Shown piece after piece: positions 1 through 12,029 of a stretch of DNA of 64,000 nt. Made by a program: the position numbers and the translations under genes. Source of the stretch: Dudresnaya verticillata (Eukaryota). The stretch is taken from NCBI GenBank assembly GCA_977862235.1, contig OZ374558.1, positions 1,674,001-1,738,000 on the forward strand, read 5' to 3'. The notes below the pieces were generated by a model that was not told where the DNA came from, ran no database searches, and worked only from the letters and a program-made list of their open reading frames with translations. Position 1 is the stretch's first letter. Each line of letters opens with the position of its first letter.

Positions 1-527
1 AGCCAAGTAGTTGATTTATTTGTAATTAGGTAATTGTAATGATGCTGTACAGTATGTAGTGTCAGACGGCCAATGAGAATGCCGAGCATGTCCGCAACGG
101 TGACCGGGACCAGTAGGGCCGGACCCACCTGGTGGACCAGACCCATTGGGGTCTGGCCCACACGGACCGGACCGCGGGGCGTATCTCCCAGTATATTAAT
201 GGGTGGCCACCGCGAGTCCTACAGTAAACGGGTATGCAACCCTGGGCAAAGTGACTTATCTACAAGCCTTACCCTCATACTCCTTTAAGGTTTCCCCTCG
301 CCAGCCCCGTGCACGGATTCCTCTTGCCTCCGTCCCGGTGTAGCTGCTCTGGTACTGTGCCATCCCCCTTGTCTGTTGCGTCCCTTTACTCCTTACAGGT
401 GTTGCCGCTCGAGGTACTCCCTTCGGTCTACGAACTAAGCTCTACCACCCCGGTGCCGTGTGAGATCACTCCTTATTGGGATTTTCTGATCAGCTCTCCG
501 TGCAGGTGTGCCTTTCACTACACCACA
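1..527 (+). mobile_element. Partial LTR (3' or solo LTR) of a Gypsy family related to E1; runs off the window start
   Basis: Ends in ...TTTCACTACACCACA (527), like the E1 LTR ends. Shares blocks with the E1 LTR: CCAATGAGAATGC, GGGACCAG.AGGGCCG, CCAGACC...GGTCTGG and GTAAACGGGTA.GCAACC. No PBS follows. Confidence 0.75.
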
Positions 528-711
528 CCCCCAACCGCCGAAGCGGCAGCGGGGCCAGTGGGCACCGAAGCCGCCATCGCGGCGAGCGGCGGGTGTGACA
601 GCGACGCGACGCTCTTCCCAGGCGCATACTGAGTCTGGGGGGGGTGAGCAGCCGCCACCGGTCCCGCTGGTGCCGCCGTCGATGGCGCACTAACGGCCGG
701 CGGCGGCGCGG

Positions 712-1386
712 TGTGATGAAGTGAGCCGTGGCGCGCATGCGGCACGCCGACGACGAGCCAACCGTAACGGGTGATGTGGCAATACGCCACGATGATGATC
801 TGGCAACGTGTAACCGTCTCGGATGTTGTGCGCATTGCTATAAGCTGGTACGCATTGCTGTACATCAGTGTAGCGCACCAACCGTAGCGGAGTATTTGTA
901 GTATTTATTCTTTATTTTTAGTGAGTATCTGTGCAGTTTGTAGAGTAGCGCGCCAGCCAATGAGAATGCTGCGCAAGTCCTTTTCGGAGATTGGGACCAG
1001 CAGGGCCGAATCCACCATGGGTCCAGACCACTAGGGTCTGGCCCGAAGGGACCGGACGGCTCGGTGCCACCCTGACTTGTATATCAGGGCGGCACCACAG
1101 CGGCTCCTAAGGTAAACGGGTAAGCAACCTTAGCCCAATCCTTTACGGTTTTCCCCGCGCCGAGCCCGTCGCGGTCTACCACCACCACCGTTACGGAGTC
1201 CGTCCCGGCACTTGTACCACCCCCTCGTCTGTTGATTCCCAATATCCGTCTCTGTTAGCCGCTCGCTGTTCTCCCGTTTCGGTGCGAACTTCTCTAACAC
1301 CCCGTGGAGGTAGTGTTGCTCTCGTCCGTTAAGGAAATTCAGGCCAGCTGTCCGTCTCGGAGTTCGTGGGTTTTCACGACACCACA
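712..1386 (+). repeat. E1 5' LTR (675 bp)
   Basis: TGTGATG...CACCACA; direct repeat of 11410-12029. Confidence 0.93.
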
Positions 1387-1391
1387 TCTTT

Positions 1392-1409
1392 TGGTCTCTG
1401 GACCTAGAA
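1392..1409 (+). promoter_or_regulatory. E1 primer-binding site (tRNA-Tyr-like)
   Basis: TGGTCTCTGGACCTAGAA just after the 5' LTR; 16/18 identical to the E2 PBS. Confidence 0.75.
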
Positions 1410-1534
1410 CACCGTCACGGTTGGAAGAAGCAGCCGTCGAAATCCGCTACGGTAGGAATTCGGCTGTACCGACAACCCGTTACGGAATATTGGATAGACA
1501 AGCAAGAACAACCGTTGTGTTCCGTTAAGGTATC

Positions 1535-4011
1535 ATGCAGAACGAAGAACACGCAGACCCTCCCGTTACGGAACCTAAAGCGGGTGACACTACCCCCGCT
1601 GCGCGCAGTCTGCGCAGTGAAGGAGGTGAAATCCGTTCCGGAGTGGAGAACCCAGAAGACACCTAAAGGGTGCTGCTGGTAAAGCTCCCCGTTCCCGTGT
1701 CGGATCAGACGCCTCGAAGAAGGCAGCTCCGCAACCCAAGCCGGAATCCCATCGGGTCCACTGGGTCCTGTCGGAGGTCCTTCCTAGAGTGTTAGAGCAT
1801 CTCCGATTGGAAGTACAACCTGGAATGTTAAAAGAGGTGGAGATATCCCTCTCGGAAACTGTTCCGTCGTTGGTTAATTCCTACCTTGTGCAGCACCTTC
1901 CTCGGATAGTGCAAGCTTTGATCCTACAGGAAAAGGTGGCCGCCGAGCTCGAGAGCCAGATTGCTCCCTGCATGGCAAGGCCTCCCGCTACGGAAGCTTT
2001 CACTGAGCAACCACCGTTACGGAATGAATTCCCGGTCGAGGGAAGAACGCAGCAGCCGCAACAACCCCCCTTTATGGGAGTGCAGCCGGGCACAGTACCC
2101 TCTGGGCCACTGCCACCGGCTCCCGTAACGGATTCTCAACATCAACACGCCCCTACGGGACCAACACACACTCAGCCACCGTTACAGTATTCTCCTGGAC
2201 ACGTAGATGTGCCTACGCCAGGGCGCTATCAGCAAGAGCGCTATACCGTTCCGGTTCGATCAGGTGGAGGCAGCGACCATCTCAGCGATGCGTCCAGCTC
2301 ACCCCATCCGAGTCGGAGGACCGGTCGAGGTCGGCATAAACGAGATGCCCGACACTCCCGCTCTGACCCTCCCCGTCGGTCGCACATGGGCGACCACACC
2401 CAGCGACGACGCCCCCAATCCTGTATGGAATCCAATGAGAGAAGCTCAGGGGATAGCCAACACCGCCGCAAGAGGAGAAACAGAAGATCACGGAAACGCG
2501 AAAAAAGGCATGACTCCTATTCCTCTACGGATTCAGACTCAGATAGTTCTTCCGTAACGGATAGAGAAAATAGGCACCGGGCCAGAAAACACGGTGCCAA
2601 ATCCGGAAAGGTGAAGGTAATCCGGCCGCTACATGGCAAGTTTGTCAAGGCGCTGGACTATCGCACCTACCGATTGGATAAGAGGAGCAAGACGTACGGC
2701 TCTAAGTTGTCACAGAACATGAGCCGTATATGGAAGAAACTCGACGTCCAGATGTCGTCCCATACATTCGATGGGACGGACCCTATTACCGTCTTGGTAT
2801 TTCTCGCTAAGTTACGTGGCGGTTGTAACATCAACGGCATCGCCGAAGGGGTTGCCGTCTGGTGCTTCCAGTTTTCCTTAAAGGCCAGGCCGAAGCCCTT
2901 CTACAGGCTAGGATTGCTGGAGGTACCATGGCGGTTGACGTAGAGCAGGCCGAGATGCTCCGCACATATTCCGATGTGGTGAACTTTTTGTTGAGAACCT
3001 ACGCTACGGATGAAGTGATTTCCGAATCCTATACGGATGTCAGCAACTTCAGGAAAACATCCGCCATGGCTGAAGAGCAGTTCTTGAACCAGCTCTGGGC
3101 CAAGGTTCTCCGTTGCGGTACAGTATTTTCCGATCGGGCATTGAAGTCACTGTTCGTTGAAGGGCTCCTACCGGGCACTCGTCAACAGATGAGAAATTAT
3201 TCAGCAACTCATTACCAGTTGGATTATCAGGCCATCACTCGCTATGCGACTGGCCTGGGTCAGTCCCATCGGGCAGCTCGACGCCAAACCGTTCCGTCTC
3301 ACGTCTTTGATGGGCGCACTAAAGCACGCCCGTCTAAGGTGTTATCGCTGGATTCCGTCTCGGATGTACACTATGATCCGCAAGCAGATCGTTCCGTTAC
3401 GGATGCTCAAGTCTTAGCTGTCGAGGGAGGCCACGGTGCCGCTACGGGAACGAGCACGGGGGTTACCTTTTCCATCCCGTACTCCTCTCCCCCGCAAAGC
3501 GTCCACCCTACTCCGCCGAGGATGCCACGCGCGCAATGGCCCCCCTATGGTGGATCTGGCTCGGCTCCTGGCCCCCAACAGCAGCCGAGTCACCGTTACG
3601 GAAATAATAACCACGATGGGCGAGGACAGCAGCAACCAGCACCTCCATTACGGGATGAGTCGGATCCTCGGGTCCGACGCCTTTACGGAAATGGTAACTG
3701 TCGCATCTGCCTTTCGCCAGAGCACGTTGTTTGGCCATGGATACATGACTCCGATCGGGTTAGGCTTATGGAAGAGCGAGAGAGCACAACTTCCAGAAGC
3801 ACTACCCTGTAGGCCGCAGGTTCGTAGTAAGCACCAGTTCGAATCCACAAGGGAATCGGGGCAAGCCGCATAAGCCCCCCCGCAACGGAATGCGCCGATA
3901 CTATCGGTGGAGGACCATGACGGAGGGGAACTCGCAGAATTGCGCGAGACCATCGAGGCGGATCCGACTGGTGCACCCTTGATTTCGGAAAACTCAAGGA
4001 GGGATGCGTAA
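1535..4011 (+). pseudogene. gag: E1 gag (frameshifted; ORF pieces 1789-2943 and 2862-3812)
   Basis: Homologous to E2 gag: YRTYRL, F(D/N)G(T/S)D..VL.FLA, V..LLRTYAT, RCG.V. Degenerate zinc knuckle CRICLSPEH. ATG at 1535 follows the PBS. Confidence 0.85.
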
Positions 4012-7000
4012 GGGCGCCGCCATCCCCGCCTCACAGCGTTCCACCTCTCGCAAGTGTGGACTCGCCCCGGGATCGGCGAGATACCGTTATGGAACTCCCA
4101 TTGGCTTATCAGACCAATGATCCTATCTGCTTTTTGCAACATCAAAATTATAAGATGCAAATTATCGTGGGACGGACAGATAGCGTGATGCTTCCTCTAA
4201 TCTCCGTCTTGGACTCTGGCGCTGGGCCCAATCTCATTAGTGCCAGGCGCCTTCCGCGCCAATGGCTCCCACTCATACGCCCAGCAACCAGCCCTACATT
4301 ACGGGATGCGTCAAATCGCGCTATACGCCCTCTTGGTCAGATCCAACTTTTCGTCCGTATCGGAGAGCTCCGTGCTCGCGTCCATTTTCTAGTGGTCGCG
4401 AACTTGGCGGCTCCCTGTATTTTGGGAACTACCTTCATCGACCGCTACGTGAAGGCAATCCTCCCTCAGTTACGGAAAGTTGTTTTTCATCATTACCCAC
4501 TGGTATCCCTTGTTGGTCAAGCCAAAATTCCGAAGACGGGTAACGCCGCAACTCTACAGCCCTCATCTTTATCCACCGCTACGGTTTCTCAGAAAATTCG
4601 TTTAGCAAGATCTACCCTTATTCCCCCTATGCCTCAAACCTCCGTAACGGTTAATACCCCACGGGTGGGTTATGCGTTCTAAAAAATCATCCTAAGCCGG
4701 CTTTTAAGCACCTTACGTTAATGGCTAAGGTATTATGGATGTTGTACCTAACAAACCGTTTCGGATCTGGGTCTCTAATTTTTCTAACAAGCCGGTACGG
4801 TTGCCCAAATATGCTGTCGTGGGCCTTGCTACTGCTGCCCCTTTCTGCTATTTTTACCGTTGACGGTATACCTCCATTTAAGGAGAGGGAGGAATTATTC
4901 AATCATTCAATTCTAACCTTACCTCCGAAAAGGCCAGCAGCATCTCCCCTCACGACAATGAAGTACGAAACCCGTAACGGAAACTACAAATACTACCGAC
5001 TGGAAGGATCAAGTCCAGATCGGTACAGAAGAAGCATCGCTCCGTAAACGGATTTTAACCCTACTCGAAGAATATAAGTCGATGTGGAGTGGCGATCTTG
5101 GCAACATTACAGCTGCCAAGCACCGCATCGAGTTAACTCCCGGAGCTAAGCCCGTATATCAAGCCCCATACCGTGCCGGACATAAGCAGTGAGATATCGA
5201 AAAGACAGAGATCGATCGCATGCCCGCTAAGGTAATTGAACCAGCCTCATCGGAGTAGACCAGCCCTGTGGTTTTCGTTCCAAAAAAGGACGGCACCATG
5301 CGGTTCTGTGTTGACTATAGAAGGGTCAATTCCGTAACGGTTAGGGACTCATATCCCTTGCCCAGGATGGATGAGTGCATAGATTCCCTTGGGGAAGCTA
5401 CTGTATTTACCACCCTGGATTTCAATAGCGGATATTGCCAAGTCGAGATTCCGGAAGAGGAAAGGGACAAAACTACCTTCACTAGCCATTTTGGCTTATA
5501 CCGTTTTCGGAGAATGCCATTCGGATTGAAAAATGCAGCGGCAACCTTCCAACGGGCAGTGGATATAATCCTTTCTACGGTTAAATGGCAATTTGCCCCC
5601 GTCTACCTAGACGATGTAATTGTCTACTCAAAAACCGTTACGGAACATTTCCACCACCTGAAGGAAGTCATTACGCTTTTACGATCCGCTGGGGTAACGT
5701 TGAAATTGTCAAAGTGTGACTTCTTCAACGCGTCTGTACAATACCTGGGGCATGTTATGAGTCCCGGAAAATTGGAAGTGGATAATAGGAATATCCAATC
5801 CGTTAAGGTCGCGAAGCCGCCGACTAACCAAACGGGATTGCGATCCTTCTTGGGAATGTGCAACGTGTATCATCGCTTTGTACCCAAATTCGCTCGGATT
5901 TCAGCACCGCTGAATAAGAATACCGGCAAGGGCTCACCATTTGAGTTTGGAATATTATCCGATACGGAATACGAAGCCTTCGAGGAACTGAAGAGACGCC
6001 TTATCTCTCCACCTATATTGGCTCTACCCCGCCACGGATATAAATATACGTTGGACACTGACGCATTTGACCATCAAGTCGGCTGTGTCCTTCTGCAGGA
6101 ACAACCGAATGGCGATCACCTCCCTATTGGATACTGGAGCCGAAGCCTGACCGATGCGGAGAAATTTTATACTACAACCGAAAAGGAATGCTTAGCCGTG
6201 GTCTAGAGTATGTTGACACTCCGACCCTACCTTTACGGTGACAAGTTTATTCTCCGAAGGATCACGATTCCCTGCGGTGGATCCTGAACCTCGCAGACTC
6301 ATCTTGCCGCCTAGCCAGGTGGAGGCTCCGCCTATCGGAATTTGAATTCGAGGTGCAATACCGTCCAGGAATTAAGCATCAACTCGCCGATGGGATGTCG
6401 CGACTCCGAACGGATGGCGGTGACAATAGACCTTTGGATGAAGAGATACCCCGCTTCGTCGCCGAAAATACCGTCGACGGATTATATTAGCATGGAGTTT
6501 ATTTAACCGATTGGGCTACATCACAAGAAACCGCTACGGAAAATAACGTAACATGCGCCGTGGCGCCCGCCAGTGGGAGTGCATCCGCCTCCCCTGACAA
6601 GCCCGACGTAATACCGTCACGGTTTACTGTAATCCAAGAATCCGACGTTAAGGATGAGACAATTACCAGGGAGGAGTTCCTTGAAGCGCAAGCCCGAGAC
6701 CCTTTCTGTCGTCTCAAAGCCGATACGGTAGGCTCACCTGGATCACAGTTTAGCTATGACCGTAACGGATTCTTGGTACGCAAGTCCCAATTGGATGGCG
6801 CTCTACAGAAGGTGGTGCCAAGCAAACTCCGTGGACGGGTATTGTATTTATCTCACTACACCCTGATGTCGGGTCACCCAGGCGGAATTAAGATGTATTA
6901 TACTCTCCGACAGGATTATTATTGGCCTCATATGGCCAAGGATGTATTTGAATCCGTTCGGACATGTCGCTCCTGCGTGAAGACGAAGGGAACCGCTTTC

Positions 7001-8325
7001 GGAATCAAAGGTTTATGAAACTTTTCCCCGCTAGTGGACCTTTGGAGTTTGTCGCTATCGACACTCTCGGGCCACTTCCGAAGACAAAACGGGGTTATGT
7101 CTACGTTCTGGTAATAACCGATCGGTTCTCTAAGCTGACGCGCTGTATTCCGTTACGGACAACAACAGCCGTTGTGGTGGCGAACGCCTTTCTGGACTTT
7201 TGGGTTTATGCGTATGGCGCACCCCAATTTGTCCTAACCGATAACGGACCGCAGTTTACTGCTACGTTCTTTGACTCGGTGTGTTCCTTACTCGGAGTCA
7301 GGCGCCTATTAACCGCTGCCTACCATCCGCTGACAAATGGGCAAGCTGAGCGATTTAATAAGACAATCGCCCAGTTTTTGCGCCATTACGTTGAGGATCA
7401 TCACTCCGGTTGGTATTTGTACCTGCAACCGTTGACGTATGCGTACAACATGCAGGTACACCGTATTACGGAAACAACGCCATTTGATTTGGTGCTGACA
7501 CGCCACCCATCGGACATGGTTGTACGAGGGGCTCCTGTCGAGCATCAAGAAACCGTTACGGAAGGGCGTATGATCCCAGTGTTACAGAAGCGGAGCACCA
7601 TGCGCCGTTTACGGTATGCGCTCCAGGCAGCGCGCATTAAGCAGACAGTAGCCCAGCAAAAATCCAAGGCACTGTTTGACCGTAAGGTGCGCTTTAGGCC
7701 CATAATCCGTAGCGGAGATCAAGTCTATGTCGACCGGCCGCCCCATAACTTGCGTCCTGCCGAACGCCGTGAGCGGGACCGATTGGAAGGTAAACCGGAT
7801 GATGTGGGTGAGGTGGCTCAGGAAATGAAGAAACTTCTTCCGCGAGCCACGGGGCCTTATGAAGTGGAATCCGCAACGGAACATGTGGTTACAATCCGCA
7901 AGGAAGGGGTATTGATCCCAGTAAGCATCGATCGCATCACGAAAGTTCTGATCGGAGTTGCGGTTCAGCCGGCGCCCTTAACAGTGCCGCCTGTCGCGCC
8001 ATCAACCGTTTACGGTGAAGTAATGCCACATCCAGAAGGTACGGCAGTAACGCCTACTCCGTCAACGGGCATTACACCCTCCGTAGCGGAACCCTTACAA
8101 GCCGATACGGAATATGTGATCGACAAGATTGTCGGTCACCGCGACGAACCTACCGGGATGACCTATAGAGTCCGCTGGTATGGTTACCCTCCGGATCAGG
8201 ACACTTTTGAGCCCGCGGAGGAGTTGCCGCAGAATTTCATCTACCGGTATTGCAAGCAAAAGAAAAAGACCTCCGGTAAGGGTAAGCCACGGCGACGTGC
8301 TAATCCAACACGTCACTCACCGTAA
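3987..8325 (+). pseudogene. pol: E1 pol: aspartic protease, RT, RNase H, integrase, chromodomain (several stops and frameshifts)
   Basis: Protease LDSGAGPNLI. RT RFCVDYR, MPFGLKNA, YLDD. RNase H TDA, EKECLAVV. Integrase H..GH..C..C, TDNGPQF, GQAERFN, GPY. Chromodomain YVIDKIVGHR...YRVRWYGY...TFEP (~8113-8260). Confidence 0.95.
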
Positions 8326-8425
8326 CGGACAGCTGGAGTGTTGGGGTGTGAGAACACACAATGTTTATCGCAAGCTAAGGTCGAGGCATAATGGAGACCG
8401 TTAAGGAGATCGTCGAACTGTAACT

Positions 8426-11271
8426 CTAAGAGTTACGGCGACGCCGCTTCGGAGCAGGGGCAACTATATCTTCCTCGTTGCTCCCCTGACCCGTTCGTAA
8501 GCCGGGTTCCCCACTGGGATCAGATTGGAATACGCGCTGCGTATTGTCTCCCAAGACGCGAATCGCATTATCCATGCGCCGACGCTGACGACGGACCACT
8601 GCGCGGAGATGAATCACCTTTTCCATCAGCCCCTCCGCTAAGGTTAGCGTTTCCTGAACGGATCATGGCAATGGGAAGCGCTGCGTACGGCAAATGCCCC
8701 GTAGCGCCTGTGACCCACTTTTGGTAGCGGCTAAATGAGCCGGAACCGTAACGGGGGGATCCTCATCTTCTTGAAACTCTACCTGCGGGGAGATCTACGG
8801 CTTATCCCTAACCCCGGCTTCGATTGAATGCTCCGTTGAGGAAACCACCAATACGGATGGTCCCGACTCGGGTGAAGGTACGTCCTTCCGCAGCGGTGGA
8901 TTCGTGTCCTTCTCTGTCGAGGCGATATATCTTTTCCGTAACGGTTCGGGACTTGACGCGGGGACCGAGGGCTTGTCACCAGTCGCCCCAACACTTGGGC
9001 GCTTTGCAGCCACTTCCGATACGGTGATCGGTGCCTCACTCACCGCTGGTGTGGGAGTGGGCGCCAACAGCGGAACACTTGGCGGGGGCGGTTCGGCGGC
9101 TGCAGGCATTTGCGTCGCAGGAGACAGTGCCGCCGGCACAGTATCCGGCGCTACTTCCGAAACGGTCTGCTCCTTTGAGGCCCCCTTCTCGGATGGTGCC
9201 GCAGGCTTGGGCACCGCCATAGTAGACGCAACCACGCCTATAGGCGTTGGGGCCTTATCCGATACGGGAGTAGTATTCTCACGATCTACATCGCGCGACG
9301 TGGGTGTAGCGACCACCGGAAGGATTGGAGCGGATTTCTTCTCGATACCCGCTGCCATTGATGCGACGGGCATGACCTCCTCCTGTTCTTCCAAGAAGGG
9401 GTCAGCTTCTTGCTGCCTCACCATAACGGAATCGCGCGGGTCGATTGTACGCGAACGCCCCGCTGCCTCCTGACAGCCCCCAATCTTCAGCCCCGTCCAA
9501 ACCATCACGGTACGCATCCCTTGGTGCTTGGTGAGGCGCATAGCCCCGATGGGCCTGCACCTCTAAGGCCAACCATTCCGGACGCGGATCTTCTCGATGA
9601 AGGAAATATGGCTCACCCACTCCGGGCCTAAGCGGGGGCACCGATAGGAAACGGTCCTCATCCCAACTATACCCCAAGAAGCCCGGAGTGCGTAGCCAAT
9701 CCTGCTCTCCGTGTACGGATAAAAGACGCTCAACCTGATGGAGAGGGTACGCCGACCCCGTCACCAAATCGGCTACGCCGACTTGGCGAATTAGGGCGAT
9801 CACCGTTACGGGAAGTTGAAAAATACGGCCACAGTATCCTCCGGGCAGGTCATCCTCATCCCGTGGGAAGCATCGCCAGTCGGCTAACTTGGTATTATAC
9901 CGTACTCCGTAATAGGCCACCTGGAGCCACGAGAAGAGCACCAGCATGGCCCATTCCGATCGGAAGATGCGCCACAGTACATCGAGCTGATCTTGATTCG
10001 GGGGGCGCTCTCCGTTCGGACGTTTGTGATTCCACTCCCGTTCGGTGAGTAGGTCCGCCGAAAAGTATGCCACGACGGAAGGCGTGGGGACAGACAACCA
10101 ACGGGTCACCTCATAACGATCCTACCATGACGGAGCTGTAAGGTACAATTCACGACGCACCAGATACGGAAGATGGAAGAACTCCTTAGTGTTTCAAGTA
10201 TGCAGGATTGGCGAGCCAACTTGCATTCCGTCACGGGAGCGAGTTCGCAAACGGTGTTCCGTCGCGGCATCGTCCTTCCACCCATCGGCATAGCGGAACC
10301 AATATACCGACTGGTCATAGGGGCGGTCAAAGCAAATGAATTGCACTCCGACCGGCGCACCCCGGAGACGGAAACCTTTGGCCAACAGGTGACTGACCTT
10401 TGCGGTATATCCTACCTCCCCATGGCAGCGATACCACAACAAATCCGAAACGGTAGAGGTCAGCGCTTGACAATAGCCATGCACCCATCGGCTTTGCCAT
10501 ACAAATTCTCTCCGATTCGGAACAACGCCAATGCGTTGATTCGCCTTAGGGCTGCGCCATGACGGCCTTGTACCTTCTTGCTTCCACGACGGTTGGATAC
10601 TTCTCGATGAAGTAGTCCACCGTCATCGGGGGCTTAATCTTCGCCCTCTCCGCATCGGTTCTAGCCGGGCGCCCCGCGCGATGATCAAAGTGGTGCCCCG
10701 GCCAATAACCACTCGGGGCAGGAACCTCTCCGTCACGGGTATGCACCACCGGCCACCAAGGCCCTGGTGCAGGTGGATTGATTTGCGGGGGCCCACGCAT
10801 CCGTCTCGGTGTACTTGATGAAGGATGTAGACTAGCCACCATCCTACGACTCGGCGTCGATACCGGTGTCGATGGTGCCCGTAACGGAATGACCGGTAGG
10901 TCTGCCAAGCTGAGCTCCTCGCCACCACGACGGAATGCATCATCACGGTCCTTGGTTGGCGCCTCTCCGTCACGGTGGGTCGCTGCACTCCCTGGTAGCG
11001 CGGTCCTTGTGGCTGCGCTCGCAGCAAACCGATTCGGATCATAGGCCGACCACCCTCGGCTCGCTGATGGAGCCGGCGAAGGTTCCGTCACGGCAACGCT
11101 CGTACGACCGCCCATTGCGGGTCGCGTCGCTGCCGCCGAGGAAGAAGCCGGCGCTTGAGTCGAAGCATCCGTAACGGTTAGCGCGCCCTGCGCCCTAGTC
11201 GTGGATGCCGCGCGGGAACGCCGTGTCGGTTGAAAGGGCGACGGTGAGCGCTTGGTTTTCTCCCCTGACAT
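8426..11271 (-). pseudogene. E1 antisense extra ORF (disrupted), unknown protein: low-complexity N-terminus, conserved globular core, Ala/Pro/Thr-rich tail, C-terminal basic NLS-like PAPKRRRR
   Basis: Collinear minus-strand ORF pieces 10546-11271 (ATG 11271), 10194-10484, 9402-10109 (same frame as 10194-10484, with two in-frame stops), 8795-9541 and 8426-8626. The core aligns by eye with the E2 antisense ORF. Confidence 0.75.
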
Positions 11272-11396
11272 GGTGGGAGAAGCGCGCAAGAAGAGGAAGG
11301 ACTGATGAGAACACTTCCGTATCGGTTGTGTGTGTTCGTGGGTGGGGAAGCGATAGCGATCCGCTACGGTGGGCGCCCGAGGACGTGGCGCCATTT

Positions 11397-11407
11397 AAGG
11401 AGGGGGG
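11397..11407 (+). promoter_or_regulatory. E1 polypurine tract
   Basis: AAGGAGGGGGG, 2 nt before the 3' LTR. Confidence 0.85.
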
Positions 11408-11409
11408 TC

Positions 11410-12029
11410 TGTGGTGAAGTGAGCAGTAGCGCGCATGCGGCACGCCGACGGCGAGCCAGCCGTAACGGGTGATGTGGCAATACACCGCGCTGATGATCTG
11501 GCAACGTGTAACCGTCTCGGATGTTGTGCGCATTGCTGTACGCTGGTCCGCATTGCTGTACAGCAGTGTAGCGCACCAACCGTAGCGGAGTATTTGTAGT
11601 ATTTATTCTTTATTTTTAGTGAGTATCTGTGCAGTGTGTAGAGTAGCGCGCCAGCCAATGAGAATGCTGCGCAAGTCCTTTTCGGAGATTGGGACCAGCA
11701 GGGCCGATTCCACCATGGGTCCAGACCACTAGGGTCTGGCCCCCACGGACCGGACGGCTCGGTGCCACCCTGACTTGTATATCAGGGCGGCACCATAGCG
11801 GCTCCTAAGGCAAACGGGTAAGCAACCTTAGCCCAATCCTGTACGGTTTTCCCCGCACCGAGCCCGTTGCGGTCTACCACCACCACCGTTACGGAGTCCG
11901 TCCCGGCACTTGTACCACCCCCTCGTCTGTTGCTTCCTACCACCCCGTGGAGGTAGTGTTGCTCTCGTCCGTTAAGGAAAGTCAGGCCAGCTGTCCGTCT
12001 CGGAGTTCGTGGGTTTTCACTACACCACT
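11410..12029 (+). repeat. E1 3' LTR (620 bp; ~55 bp shorter than the 5' LTR near 11935)
   Basis: TGTGGTG...CACCACT; direct repeat of 712-1386 with scattered substitutions and one internal deletion. Confidence 0.93.

Larger units (their letters stand above)
712..12029 (+). mobile_element. Ty3/Gypsy chromodomain LTR retrotransposon E1, full-length, decayed
   Basis: Paired LTRs, PBS, gag, PR-RT-RH-IN-chromodomain order and PPT. Near-perfect 5-bp TSD: CGCGG (707-711) / CGTGG (12030-12034). Confidence 0.95.

Noticed and set aside
8426..11271. env gene
   Set aside because: Antisense orientation, no clear signal peptide or transmembrane anchor, and an NLS-like end.
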